This document shows, piece by piece, positions 8,700-18,766 of a DNA stretch of 64,000 nt (position 1 is its first letter; the number at the start of each line of letters is the position of its first letter). The stretch is from an uncultured delta proteobacterium (GTDB lineage: Bacteria > Desulfobacterota > Binatia > DP-6). The notes beneath the pieces were generated by a model, which was given only the letters and a program-made list of their open reading frames with translations, had not been told where the DNA came from and made no database searches. The position numbers were made by a program, and so were the translations under genes. The DNA lies in contig CAWESA010000006.1 of assembly GCA_963811605.1 (NCBI GenBank), positions 837-64,836 on the forward strand, in the 5' to 3' direction.

Positions 8700-10577
8700 C
8701 TAGAGCGCCGCCCCGTCACCGAGGTACTCGAGGCGCCAGAGCTCGAAGGCGACGAGTGACCAGAGAGCGCTGTCGTGGTCCTGCCTGCCCGCGACGTGCT
8801 CGTCGACGAGGCGCGACACCGCGTTCGGGTCGAAGAGGCGGCCCCGACGCATCCGCTCGGGCGCCAGGATCTCGCGCAGGAGGGGGGCAAGTGGACCGCG
8901 GAACCAGTCGCCGAAGGGCACGCCGAAGCCTTGCTTCCCGCGCCGGCGGATCGCGGGCGGCAGGCGGGCGGCCAAGGCCCGTTTGAGGAGCGCCTTCTGG
9001 TTGCCGAACCCGGAGAGCTTCAGCCGCGACGGGATGCGGCCCAGGAACTCGACGAAGGTGTGGTCGAGAAAGGGGGCACGGAGCTCGAGCCCGGTCGCCA
9101 TGCTCGCCCGGTCGGTGTTCACCAGGTTCTGGCCGGCGAGGTACTGCTTGCAGTAGCGGTAGATCAGGCGAGCCGTGACATCCTCCGTCGTGCAGGACGC
9201 GAGGACCGTGGCGATGTCGCCGTACGGATCGAAGCCGTCGAGGCGCGAGCGGGCCTCACGCGAGAGAATCGTCGCGACGCGGGCGGGCGAGAGCCCGCCG
9301 ATCAGCGCCTGGTTACGGGCGTCCGCGTCGTAGTCCACCGCGGCGAGGAAGTCGCGGAACGGGGTCACCGAAGCAGGCAGCGTGGCCGCGCCTCGCCGAA
9401 GCGCCGCGAGGACGCCGCGCGGCAGGCGCGCGAACGCCCGGTGCCACCGGTCGGCCGCCATGCTCGGGTAGCCGGCGAACAGCTCGTCGCCTCCGTCGCC
9501 GGTGAGCGCCACGGTCACCGACCGCCGCGCGGCGCACGAGAGCAGGTGCAGCGGCACGAAGCTCATGTCGGCCAGCGGCTCGTCGAGGAGGCCGCCGAGC
9601 CGTTCGAGGAGTCCGGCGGCGTCAGCAGCAGACACGACCAGCTCCTCGTGCTGTGTCCCGAAGTGATCGGCCACGATACGCGCGTAGCGCCGCTCGTCGT
9701 GAGGGGTGCCCTCGTACCCGACCGAGAACGTCCGGATGCCGGCGCGCTGGTGGGCGGCCGTCCCCGCGACCACGGTCGAGTCGATCCCGCCGCTCACGAA
9801 GCAGCCGAGGGGCACGTCGCTCACCAGCCTCAATGCCACGGCGCGATCGAAGCGGCGCGCGATCTCCTCGCACCAGACGCGCTCGTCCACCTCCGGCTCC
9901 GGCCGGAAGGGGATGTCCCAGTACCGCCGCGTTTCGATCCGGCCGCCGGCCGCCACCAGCACGTGCCCGGGCGGCAGCTTGGTGATGTCGGCCAGGATCG
10001 AGTGCGGATCGGGAACGTATTCGTAGGCGAGGTAGCGGGCCAGCCCCTCGAGATCGAGCCGGGCCGAGGCGGCGGGATGCGCGAGCAGGGCGCGCAGCTC
10101 GGACGCGAAGATGAGCCAGCCGTCGGCCACCGTGTAGTAGAGCGGCTTCTCGCCCATCCGGTCGCGCGCGAGGAAGAGCTGCTTGCGGGCGCGGTCCCAG
10201 ATCGCGAACGCGAACATTCCGTTCAGGCGATCGGTGACGCATTCGCCGGACTCCTCCCAGGCGTGTGCGATCACCTCGGTATCCGAGCGCGAGCGCAAGC
10301 GGTGGCCGCGTGCGACGAGCGCGGCGCGGTGCTGCTCGAGATCGTAGATCTCGCCGTTCAGCACCACGGTCGCCGACCCGTCCTCCGTGCCGATCGGTTG
10401 GTCCCCGGTCTCGAGATCAATGACGCGCAGCCGTGCGACGCCGAGACCGGCCGATCCGTCGACGTGGTACCCGACCGCGTCGGGCCCGCGGTGGCGCAGG
10501 GACGCGATCATCCGTTCGAGCACCGCCCGCTCGGCACGCACGCCCGGCGGCGCCACGAATCCGGCGATCCCGCACAT
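8700..10577 (-). CDS. asnB: Asparagine synthase (glutamine-hydrolysing)-family amidotransferase
   Basis: MCGIAG N-terminal Cys, HRGPD, NGEIY, RDRMGEKPLYY, SGGIDS, GDGGDELFAGY, LRAPFLD, KQGF. Confidence 0.92.
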   Translation of the reverse strand: MCGIAGFVAPPGVRAERAVLERMIASLRHRGPDAVGYHVDGSAGLGVARLRVIDLETGDQPIGTEDGSATVVLNGEIYDLEQHRAALVARGHRLRSRSDTEVIAHAWEESGECVTDRLNGMFAFAIWDRARKQLFLARDRMGEKPLYYTVADGWLIFASELRALLAHPAASARLDLEGLARYLAYEYVPDPHSILADITKLPPGHVLVAAGGRIETRRYWDIPFRPEPEVDERVWCEEIARRFDRAVALRLVSDVPLGCFVSGGIDSTVVAGTAAHQRAGIRTFSVGYEGTPHDERRYARIVADHFGTQHEELVVSAADAAGLLERLGGLLDEPLADMSFVPLHLLSCAARRSVTVALTGDGGDELFAGYPSMAADRWHRAFARLPRGVLAALRRGAATLPASVTPFRDFLAAVDYDADARNQALIGGLSPARVATILSREARSRLDGFDPYGDIATVLASCTTEDVTARLIYRYCKQYLAGQNLVNTDRASMATGLELRAPFLDHTFVEFLGRIPSRLKLSGFGNQKALLKRALAARLPPAIRRRGKQGFGVPFGDWFRGPLAPLLREILAPERMRRGRLFDPNAVSRLVDEHVAGRQDHDSALWSLVAFELWRLEYLGDGAAL

Positions 10578-10581
10578 CGGG

Positions 10582-11568
10582 TCAGGCTCCCTGCGCGCGC
10601 AGCGCGGCGGCGGACGGCCGCCCCTTGCCAGCGAGGAGGAGCAGCCCCAGAGCGGTCCAGGCCACTTCCCGAACCCGGCGCACCAGGGCCAGGGACAACC
10701 CGGTGGCGCCACTCAGGCCGAGCGCGAGGAACGTGGCGACCGCACCGCCCTCCTCGACCCCCACGTCCGTCGGCAAGAAGAACGTCGCGAAGCTGATGCC
10801 CGTCGCGAAGGCCTCGATGATCAGCGCGGTGGTCATCGAGACCGCCGCGCCGAGGAGGTAGAGGATGAGCCAGGCCTCCGCGGCTCGTGCGATCCAGCCG
10901 AGGAAGTTGCACGCCAGCGACAGGGCCAGCCGTCGCGGCTGGCGCCGGTAGAAGCTGACGAGCGCCTGGTCGACGTGCGTGGCCGCCTCTCCCAGAGCGG
11001 CGCCGCCCGAGAAACCGAGCCGACCGAGCAGCCCGTAGCCGCCGGCCACGATCCCCCGCATCTGCACGGCGACGAACCCGGCGACGCCGATTGCCTCGAG
11101 GAGGAGCAGCCACTCCATGACGCGCACGAGCGCCACGGACGGCGAGACCGTCAACCGCGCCAGCAGGATTCCGAGCAGGAGGAAGAGCCCCTGCGACGAC
11201 GTGCTGGTGGTCTGGACGATGATGAGCGACGAGACCGTCTCGCGAAGCCTCACCCGATCGCGGAGCATCCACGCCATGACGCCGTGACTGCCGATCACGC
11301 CGGCCGGTATCGTCGAGGCGATCGCCTGCCCCGCGAGGACGGCCCTGGCGAGCGAGAGGAACGGCACCCGGTCGGTGGGGAACGCGTACCCCCACGCGAG
11401 GGTGTCGAACATCTTGAGGACGAGGCACGGGAAGACGATCACGACGAGGAGCCGCCAGGAGAGCACCTGGAACGAGGCCAGCACCGTCGCCGGTCCCATG
11501 CTGAGGATGAGATACGCGAGCAGCGCCGCGCCGCACACGAGCATTGCGGCCCGATATCCTCGGGCCAT
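10582..11568 (-). CDS. Lysylphosphatidylglycerol-synthase TM / flippase-like (UPF0104) membrane protein
   Basis: Multi-TM protein with P..VGVEEGG and LVRRVRE motifs; translationally adjacent to the asnB-like gene. Confidence 0.75.
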   Translation of the reverse strand: MARGYRAAMLVCGAALLAYLILSMGPATVLASFQVLSWRLLVVIVFPCLVLKMFDTLAWGYAFPTDRVPFLSLARAVLAGQAIASTIPAGVIGSHGVMAWMLRDRVRLRETVSSLIIVQTTSTSSQGLFLLLGILLARLTVSPSVALVRVMEWLLLLEAIGVAGFVAVQMRGIVAGGYGLLGRLGFSGGAALGEAATHVDQALVSFYRRQPRRLALSLACNFLGWIARAAEAWLILYLLGAAVSMTTALIIEAFATGISFATFFLPTDVGVEEGGAVATFLALGLSGATGLSLALVRRVREVAWTALGLLLLAGKGRPSAAALRAQGA

Positions 11569-12106
11569 CACGTGGTCGCGTCGGCACGGCACACGAGCCG
11601 CCGTCCCTGCTCCTCGGCGAGGGGCCCGACGGACTCCGTCGCCTCGGTGCTGAGGACGGCGAGGCCGACCGTCGTCCTGCCGGTCCCCGGGTGCCGGAGG
11701 CTGCTTTCGACACCGCTCAGCGTGCCGAGGTGCTCCGCCAGATCCGCGAGCCTTTCCGTCTTCTTCGGCGCATCGAGCATGCCGTCTCGGTCTGCCTCCG
11801 GCGCCTCCAAGCAGGGGGGTAGCACCACGGCGAGCGCTTGATCGTCCTCGACCACGAGTAGTCTCGTCGGTGGGACGCTTCGGGGCGTGCTTCGCGACAC
11901 CGCCGCGACTCTAGAACGAGGCTCGTTAAACCAGCATGAAGCCACCAGGGTTCCCTCCCTTCTCGGAAGGCGAACTCCTCCGCCGAAGGCTACCGGCGGC
12001 GCTGGTCCCGCTTCGGGGTCAGGTTTCCGGCAGGTCCTCGCCGCGGGGAATTCCGTGAGCATCGTGCGGCGGGGTCGCCGGGCCGCCCTAGCCCAGCGTC
12101 GGCGCG

Positions 12107-12916
12107 TCATTTCTTGAGGCAGACCGGTCCCAGCTCCGCCGGCGCTCGCCCTCGACGGGATGCGCCCGCGTCCGCACCGCCGGTCGAGAACCAGCGGGTG
12201 TTCTTCCGGGTCGCCCGCAAGGCGAAGTAGAGCACGAGGCTCAGTCCCGAAAGCGCCAGAAAGGTCGAACCGCGAGGCTCCACACGGCCCCGGACGACCC
12301 AGTCGCAGGCGAGCACGATCAGCGTGATCACCACCACGACCTGGGCGAGCGTCGCGCTCTCGCTGGCCAGGACCTTCTTGACCGAGAAGGCGCGTCTGGG
12401 CGCGCGCCAGCGGCGCAGGGCGGGGATGAATGCCGGCGTGGCAGCCGCCCACCCGCGATAGCGAGCACCGAAGCAGCCATCCAGGAACGCTTCCTCGGCG
12501 ATGATGATCCGCTCGTAGTAGAGCCAGAAGCCGAGCGCGACGACGGCGGTGAGCCACCAGACCTCCACCATGGAAACCGCCCCGATGATGATGAGGAGGT
12601 TGCCCAGGTAGAGCGGGTGCCGCACCACGGAGTACACACCGCGAGTGTTGAGGGACAGAGCTCGTTGCGCTTGGGAGTTTCGCCCGGACGTCCCGGGCGG
12701 GCAGTAGCCCACCACGAGACAGCGAATGGCGAGGCCGGCCAGCGCGATCGTGATGCATGCCGCCCCCCACGCCGTCTCTACAACTTGACCGAAGGTCCGC
12801 TCCAGGCCTTCCGACTGGCCAAGGGCCAGGACGACGAGCGGGACGAGGACCAGCGGCAGGTGGTTGCGATAGCGGAACAGCCAGTGGCCGTTCCGTTCCA
12901 TTTCGCGAATCAGCAT
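12107..12916 (-). CDS. Isoprenylcysteine-carboxylmethyltransferase-family membrane methyltransferase, LmtA (lipid A phosphate methyltransferase)-like
   Basis: WLFRYRNHLP, GTSGRN, LNTRGVYSVVRHPLYLGN, YYERIIIAEEAFL, W...TPAFIP motifs. Confidence 0.8.
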   Translation of the reverse strand: MLIREMERNGHWLFRYRNHLPLVLVPLVVLALGQSEGLERTFGQVVETAWGAACITIALAGLAIRCLVVGYCPPGTSGRNSQAQRALSLNTRGVYSVVRHPLYLGNLLIIIGAVSMVEVWWLTAVVALGFWLYYERIIIAEEAFLDGCFGARYRGWAAATPAFIPALRRWRAPRRAFSVKKVLASESATLAQVVVVITLIVLACDWVVRGRVEPRGSTFLALSGLSLVLYFALRATRKNTRWFSTGGADAGASRRGRAPAELGPVCLKK

Positions 12917-13032
12917 GCGACGATGCTTTAGCGGATATCCGGGTACCTGTGCATCTCGAACCATGAGCCGCCGCCCGGGCGACGAACCAGCGCAGGACGA
13001 GCGCGTTGCCGGCGACGGCGGCGGCGAACGCT

Positions 13033-13512
13033 CTAGTCCCCGAGTCGGTGGTTCCTGTACACGACCTGCCCGTCCGGTTTGACGCGCATCTCGAACCCGC
13101 CACCACCGGCGCGCTCCACGCTCGCCTCGTAGGCGATGACCCCGCGCCGCTCGGTGATCGACTCCACCTTCCGAATCGTTCCCTTGCCTGCGATCTTCTC
13201 GAAGACCGCCTTTGCCGGGGCAGGGACGCTCTCGAGTGCCACATCTTCCTCGATCTCCGAGACGGCGCCACTCGCGTCGACGGTGACGTCGCGGCTGTGG
13301 CCGTCGACGACGAGTTCGATCTCATAGCGCGTCCTGCCCCCCTCCACATCTTTCGAGAGACCGTGCATGGTGGCGCCCCGGCTCTGCGCCTTCACCACCT
13401 CCTGAACCGCGGGAGGGAGGTCTGTCATCTGCACCGGGGTCTCCGCCCGTCCGGGCAGCACGGCGGCCAAGACCGCGGCGACGGCAAACGTCGTTGTGAG
13501 TCGCTGGTTCAT
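13033..13512 (-). CDS. Secreted PepSY-like (two-repeat) protein
   Basis: Signal peptide, LPPAVQ.. and VPAPAK.. repeats, YEIEL/YEASV and DVTVDASG/KPDG strands. Confidence 0.75.
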   Translation of the reverse strand: MNQRLTTTFAVAAVLAAVLPGRAETPVQMTDLPPAVQEVVKAQSRGATMHGLSKDVEGGRTRYEIELVVDGHSRDVTVDASGAVSEIEEDVALESVPAPAKAVFEKIAGKGTIRKVESITERRGVIAYEASVERAGGGGFEMRVKPDGQVVYRNHRLGD

Positions 13513-13591
13513 CGGGTTCCTCGATGGCGCGGGCCTCGTAGATCCGGCGAATTGCCGGATGCGTGAAGCGTAGCCGGCCGGCGGTGAAGGC

Positions 13592-13632
13592 ATCGTGAAG
13601 CGAACGCGCTGGGACCGGCATCGCTTCACGAT
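13592..13632. repeat. Perfect 12-bp inverted repeat ATCGTGAAGCGA / TCGCTTCACGAT (17-nt loop)
   Basis: Read directly at 13592-13603 and 13621-13632, between the DUF1329 stop and the PepSY start. Confidence 0.7.
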
Positions 13633-13638
13633 CCCGTC

Positions 13639-13812
13639 GTTCCCTTCCCGCCCGGCAGGTTCGACGACTGTCTCGAGACCACGGAGTCCGCTCCCATCGC
13701 GCCGGGCGATGTCTCGCTCAAGTACCACGTCGCCGGGGTCGGGAACCTGCTCACGGTCGAGCCCAACGGGGACCGCTCGGAGCTCGTGCGGATCGAGCCG
13801 AATCTGGAGTGA
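13639..13812 (+). pseudogene. Orphan 3' fragment of a conserved hypothetical (secreted-type) protein
   Basis: Frame reads PGRFDDCLETTESAPIAPGDVSLKYHVAGVGNLLTVE...ELVRIEPNLE*; no in-frame start after the TGA at 13585. Confidence 0.45.
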
Positions 13813-13853
13813 ACCGCCCCCGGGTTCTCCGGAGGCTGCGTGACGCGACCCCG

Positions 13854-15155
13854 CTAGTCGGTCATGCGCGTGAGCGTTCGCAGCGAGAAGTAGTTCGGAT
13901 CCCAGTTCCGCTCGATGAACGACGACTGGTAGCGCCCGCCCAGCGCGGCCCGGTTCGTCTTGTCGTTCACGCCGATCACGAAGTTCGGGTAGACCGCCGA
14001 GTAGTCGGAGCCGGACTCGACGAAGTGATACCCGCACGCGGCCGTGTAGAAGTACTCGCCCGCCCGGTTGTGCACGAGCTTCCAGTAGATGCGGTAGATG
14101 TCCTTGTCGAAGTACATGATGACCTTGCCGAAGTTGTAGTACGGGTCGGTCGACTGTCCCTCGACGATCCACACCTGGCGGGGCACGAACACGACGTTGT
14201 CCTGCAGCCACCACGGGGCGCCCTTGCTGCCAGGCTTCTCGTAGGCCGCCGAGGCGTAGGGCGTGCTCACCGTGAAGCGCGACTTCGAGTCGGGCGACGG
14301 CGTCATCGAGAACGGCGTCGGCTTGATCACCGGCGCGAGGACGCTGCCTTCGCCGACGAGCTTCCACTTGTAGTACTCGATCTTCCCGGCGTAGCAGTTG
14401 AGATCGTCGGCGAAGATGTCCATGCCGGCGACGGGATCGGAGCGCGAGGCGGCGTTGATGCGGCGGGCCCGGCGGGTGCTGGGGACGTACGCCCAGATGG
14501 CGTCCTGGCTGTCCCAGTCCCAGTAGCGCTTGGTCAACGTCGACACGCCCTCGACGTCCTGCGGCTCGATGGCGCCCCCGATCCCCTGACCGGACAGGTT
14601 GTCGGGATTGCTCTCGATCTTGCCGTCGAGCCGTCCCTGGTAGCCCATGGCGTGGATGAACGCCTTGACGCGACGGAACTCGCCATTCGTGTCCACGCCG
14701 TTCAGCGTGAAGGTCGCGCCGCCACCGCCACCCTGTGCGCCGGCGAAGGCGAAGTTCTGCGCGATCTTGCAGGCGACCTGCGGATCGCTCTTGTCGATCT
14801 TCGGGAACGGCAGGCCGGCGATGAAGTCGGGAATCTTGCCGGTCGACTTGTCCTTGATGCCACACGTGTCGGGGTCGAGCTCGTACTTGCCCTCGTTGGC
14901 CGCGGTGAGGTCCCAGAACTTCTTGGAGTAGTTTTCCTTGAACTTCGCCGGATCGACCGGAACCACGTTGAACCAGTACTGGCCGTCCTTCAGACGCTTC
15001 AGGACGGGATCCGGCAGCAGGTCCTTGCCCTCCTGCCAGTTGTTGGCGTCCAGCACCCACGGCTGGTCGTCGGATGCGGCACGCACCCGGGGTGCGCTCG
15101 CGAGAATCAACGCACCGGCGATCGCCAGCAGCGGGTAACGAAACGTCTTGACCAT
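13854..15155 (-). CDS. DUF1329-domain periplasmic/lipoprotein-sorting-like protein
   Basis: Signal peptide, GLPFPKID, WAYVPSTRRARR, RSDPVAG.D...DD, W.VEG...DPYYNFGK...Y.DK motifs. Confidence 0.88.
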   Translation of the reverse strand: MVKTFRYPLLAIAGALILASAPRVRAASDDQPWVLDANNWQEGKDLLPDPVLKRLKDGQYWFNVVPVDPAKFKENYSKKFWDLTAANEGKYELDPDTCGIKDKSTGKIPDFIAGLPFPKIDKSDPQVACKIAQNFAFAGAQGGGGGATFTLNGVDTNGEFRRVKAFIHAMGYQGRLDGKIESNPDNLSGQGIGGAIEPQDVEGVSTLTKRYWDWDSQDAIWAYVPSTRRARRINAASRSDPVAGMDIFADDLNCYAGKIEYYKWKLVGEGSVLAPVIKPTPFSMTPSPDSKSRFTVSTPYASAAYEKPGSKGAPWWLQDNVVFVPRQVWIVEGQSTDPYYNFGKVIMYFDKDIYRIYWKLVHNRAGEYFYTAACGYHFVESGSDYSAVYPNFVIGVNDKTNRAALGGRYQSSFIERNWDPNYFSLRTLTRMTD

Positions 15156-15211
15156 TGGACCTCCTGGCACTCGGTGGAGCGCACCTGATTCGCGCGCTTG
15201 CGTGGTTCTTG

Positions 15212-15745
15212 TCAAGGCTGCGCGACAGCGTCACGAGCCGAACGGAGCTTGTCGAGCTCCCAGCGGAGCAGCGCGCCGACGAGCAGCACCTCGGAGCGAC
15301 CGGAGCGGCGCGCGTAGCTCCCCGTCCAGGCGGGATTGCGCTTGCCGATGTCCATGGCGAGCAGCTCGGCGCCCGTGCCATCCAGCACGCGCAGGCGTTC
15401 CGTGACGGGCGCCAGCCCGTACTGTGCGTAGTCGATCGGCCCGTCCGAGAGCACCGCATGCGGGTGCAACGACGCCAGCGCGTCGAGCGCGACCTCGACG
15501 ACGTCGTCGGGCCAGCGATGACCCGCCGCGTCGTGCCAGCCCCCGGAAGTGCGCACGAGGGTGAGACGGTCCGCATCGCGCTGCCATTCGACGCGCGCCA
15601 CCGCCGTGATCGGCGCGTCGAGCAGCGCCGGCGTCTCGGGCGTGGGCAGCGGTCGTTCCGGCACCAGGGGCGCGCGATCCATCAGCACCACGACCAGCAG
15701 CGCCGTCGCCACGACGAGCAGGCCGAGCGTCCCGCGCACGGTCAC
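15212..15745 (-). CDS. DUF4340-domain protein
   Basis: N-terminal TM anchor, YGLAP and IGKRNP motifs; GTG start overlaps the upstream stop (GTGA-type coupling). Confidence 0.7.
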   Translation of the reverse strand: MTVRGTLGLLVVATALLVVVLMDRAPLVPERPLPTPETPALLDAPITAVARVEWQRDADRLTLVRTSGGWHDAAGHRWPDDVVEVALDALASLHPHAVLSDGPIDYAQYGLAPVTERLRVLDGTGAELLAMDIGKRNPAWTGSYARRSGRSEVLLVGALLRWELDKLRSARDAVAQP

Positions 15746-17085
15746 GCCGTGCGTCTCCGACGCAGCGCGACGACGAGCGCGCCGATCGCTAGCAGCGTCG
15801 TGGGCACCACGCATGCCGCCCAGAAGACGGCGCGCGCTTCCCGTGCCGTCAGGGCGAGCGTCGAGAAGGCCCCCGAGGAGCCCGGGCGCTTGCGCGAGGC
15901 GGTGAGCGCCTCGTTGCCCCGTGCGGCCACCTCGGCGGCGAGGAGCAGCAGGTCGCGATTGCCGAGGACACCGAGCTGGAGATTGGTGGCGAAGTCGGCG
16001 TCGCCGATCACGACCACGCGCCCGTCGCGCCCGTCCGGAGCGGCGACCCGCACCAGCGCGGAGAGCGGCAACGGTCCGGCGCGATCCACACCCGGACGGA
16101 AGCTCCGTGCCGCCGGCGCGGGGCGCCCGCCGGCATCCGCCCACGAGGTGTCGTCGGTCACCGCGAGATACGCGCCGTCCATGCCCGGCCGTGCCTCGAG
16201 CCGCACGCTCTGGGCGACGGGCAGCAGCGCGCCGGCGACGGGCTGATCGGGCACCAGCTCCGCGTTCACCTCCGCGACGCGGGCGGACAGCCCGTCGGCG
16301 CCGAACAGGGTCGCGCGCTCGTCCACCACCACGTCGTTCTCCAGGATGATGCCGAAGCGATCGAGCAGGCTGGCCACGGAGCGGGGACCGGCCGGATCCG
16401 CCAGCACCAGCAGCCGTCCGCCGCCGCGGACGTAGGCGTCGAGCGCATCGACCTCGGCGGGCAGGAGGTCGCGGCTGGCGCCGGCCAGCACCACCAGCCC
16501 GGCGTCGGGCGGGAGGTGCGCCGCCCCGGGCAGCGGGCGGACGTCGAAGCCGTCGGCGGCGAGCGCCGCGGCCGCGTCGGCCCAGCCGCCGCGCCGATCG
16601 CCGTCGCGCGTGTCCGGCTCGCCGTGTCCCTGGAGCACGTAGGCGATGGTGTCGGCGCGCCCGCCGACCGCGAGCAGCGCGCCGGTCAGTGTCTCCTCGT
16701 TGACGGGATCGACGCGCTCGCGCCGCCCCTCCGACTCGAGCACGACCACGTTGTAGTTGCTGACCCCGAGTCGCTCGGCCTCGCCCGGGCTGCGATCGAG
16801 GTCGAGCATGCGGACGGTGAACGATGGCTGCGCGTCCTGGTAGAGCGCCAGGAGATCCTCGATCTGTCGACGGATCGCCTGCTCCTGTCCCGACGTGAAC
16901 GCCGTCGCCGTGACCGGCGCGTGCATGTGGCCGAGCACCTTGCGCGTGTGCGGTGCCAGCGTGAGACTGCGCTCGGGCGTCAGATCGAGGCGCGCGGGGT
17001 GGCGACCGGCGATCACCAGCAGGCTGGCGAGGATGGAGGCGACGGCGAGCACCTGCGCGGCGAGCAGCGCCACCGCCCGGATCAC
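15742..17085 (-). CDS. GldG-like ABC transporter auxiliary periplasmic component
   Basis: RLDLTPERSLTLAPHT, YVLQGHGE, GGRLLVLADP, RVVVIGDADF, NRDLL motifs; N- and C-terminal TM helices. Confidence 0.85.
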   Translation of the reverse strand: MIRAVALLAAQVLAVASILASLLVIAGRHPARLDLTPERSLTLAPHTRKVLGHMHAPVTATAFTSGQEQAIRRQIEDLLALYQDAQPSFTVRMLDLDRSPGEAERLGVSNYNVVVLESEGRRERVDPVNEETLTGALLAVGGRADTIAYVLQGHGEPDTRDGDRRGGWADAAAALAADGFDVRPLPGAAHLPPDAGLVVLAGASRDLLPAEVDALDAYVRGGGRLLVLADPAGPRSVASLLDRFGIILENDVVVDERATLFGADGLSARVAEVNAELVPDQPVAGALLPVAQSVRLEARPGMDGAYLAVTDDTSWADAGGRPAPAARSFRPGVDRAGPLPLSALVRVAAPDGRDGRVVVIGDADFATNLQLGVLGNRDLLLLAAEVAARGNEALTASRKRPGSSGAFSTLALTAREARAVFWAACVVPTTLLAIGALVVALRRRRTA

Positions 17086-17825
17086 GACACGCCTCGCCAG
17101 TTGCGCGCCTCGAGGGCACGGAGCGCCAGGAACAGAAACAGCGTGATGAAGGCGACGAAGTACGCCACGTCCCGGCTGTCGATGGCGCCCTGGGCGAAGC
17201 CGTAGAAGCGATCGAAGAGTGACAGCGCCATCACGAGCGGCGCCACGCGGGCGCTGAGTGCCGCCTCGTTCCACGCCAGGAACCACGACAGCACGAGGAC
17301 CCCGTAGGTGAGGAGCGCGCTGACGCCCTGGCTGTCGGTCACGGCGGATGCCGCCAGCCCGCAGGCGATGAACGCGGCGCCGAGCAGGACCATGCCCGCG
17401 TACCCGGCGAGCAGCGGGCCGGGCGGGAAGGGATGCATGCAGTAGAGCACCGCCGGCCCGATGAGCGTCGGCAGCAGCATCGCGCCGTACGACAGGAGAG
17501 CCGCCAGGAACTTGCCGGCGACCACGTCGCGATCGCGCACCGGGAACGTCCACAGCAGCTCGAGCGTGCCGAGCTTCCGCTCCTCGGCGAGGAGCCGCAT
17601 GGTCACGAGCGGCACGACCAGCATCGCGACCATGCGGAAGTCGAGGAACATGTAGCGCCAGAGGCCGCTGCCGAGGTTCGCGCCCCCGAAGAGGACGTAG
17701 AACGTGAGGTCGCTGTAGAAGAAGTAGCCCGTGAGGAGCGCGAACACCGCGCCCAGCACCCAGGCGAGCGGGCCGCCGAACATCGAGGCCAGCTCGCGGC
17801 GTGCGATGACGAGCGCCTTCCTCAT
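17082..17825 (-). CDS. ABC-2 type permease (GldF-like)
   Basis: IARREL, PLVTMRLLAEERKLGTLELLWTFP, VAGKFLA, DSRDVAYF motifs. Confidence 0.88.
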   Translation of the reverse strand: MRKALVIARRELASMFGGPLAWVLGAVFALLTGYFFYSDLTFYVLFGGANLGSGLWRYMFLDFRMVAMLVVPLVTMRLLAEERKLGTLELLWTFPVRDRDVVAGKFLAALLSYGAMLLPTLIGPAVLYCMHPFPPGPLLAGYAGMVLLGAAFIACGLAASAVTDSQGVSALLTYGVLVLSWFLAWNEAALSARVAPLVMALSLFDRFYGFAQGAIDSRDVAYFVAFITLFLFLALRALEARNWRGVS

Positions 17826-18766
17826 CCCGCTCGCTCCGGTGGCGCGACGAGCGCCCGGAACGCCTCCTCGAGCGATGCCTCGACCGGCGAGAGCGCATGG
17901 AGCGGCCAGCCGGACTCCGTCACGCGCGCCGCCAGCGCGGCCCGGAGGTCGGCGCCGCGCTCCGCCTCGACCCGGCAACGGGCGTGGCCCGCCGCGGCTG
18001 GCAGGCGCTCGACGCGCCGGACGCCGGGCACCGTCGCGAGCAGCGCTTCGAGCGCGTCGGGCGGGGCGGCGGCGTCGATGTCGACCACGGCCACCGGCCG
18101 CAAGCGCTCCGCGAGCTCCGCGGGCACACCCTCGGCCAGCATGCGGCCGCGGCGCAGGACGACGACCCGATCGCACAGCGTCTCCACGTCCGCGAGCGCG
18201 TGGCTCGACACGAAGATGGCGTGGCGCGCGCCCAGGGAGCGGATGAGCCGTCGCATCTCGGCGCCCTGCGTGGGATCCAGCCCGGCAGTCGGCTCGTCGA
18301 GGAGGAGCGCATGCGGATCGCCCACCAGCGCCACCGCCAGCCCGACGCGCTGGCGGGTGCCGCGCGACAGCACGCCGATGCGACGGTCGGCCAGGCCCCC
18401 GAGCCCGGTGTGCTCGAGGGCGCGCTCGACCGCGTCCCGCCGCCCGGGGGCCGGTACGTCGCGCAGCGCCGCGACGTAGCCCAGCTCGGCGCGGACCGTC
18501 ATCTCGCCGTGCAGCGCCGGGTGCTCGGGCGCGTAGCCGAGGAGGCGCCGCGCGGCGAGCGGATCGCGGGCGAGATCGTGGCCGTCGATCAGCGCCTGGC
18601 CGCGGGTGGGAGGAAAGACGCCCGCCAGCACGCGGAGCGTCGTGGTCTTGCCGGCTCCGTTGGGCCCGAGGAATCCCACCACCTCGCCACGCGCGACGCG
18701 CAGCGAGACGTCCTCGATCGCCGTGCGCCGGCCGAAGCGTTTGGTGAGGTTCCGGGCCTCGATCAC
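17822..18766 (-). CDS. ABC transporter ATP-binding subunit (GldA-like)
   Basis: Walker A GPNGAGKT, LSRGTRQRV signature, Walker B LLLDEPT, SSH switch. Confidence 0.92.
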   Translation of the reverse strand: MIEARNLTKRFGRRTAIEDVSLRVARGEVVGFLGPNGAGKTTTLRVLAGVFPPTRGQALIDGHDLARDPLAARRLLGYAPEHPALHGEMTVRAELGYVAALRDVPAPGRRDAVERALEHTGLGGLADRRIGVLSRGTRQRVGLAVALVGDPHALLLDEPTAGLDPTQGAEMRRLIRSLGARHAIFVSSHALADVETLCDRVVVLRRGRMLAEGVPAELAERLRPVAVVDIDAAAPPDALEALLATVPGVRRVERLPAAAGHARCRVEAERGADLRAALAARVTESGWPLHALSPVEASLEEAFRALVAPPERAG

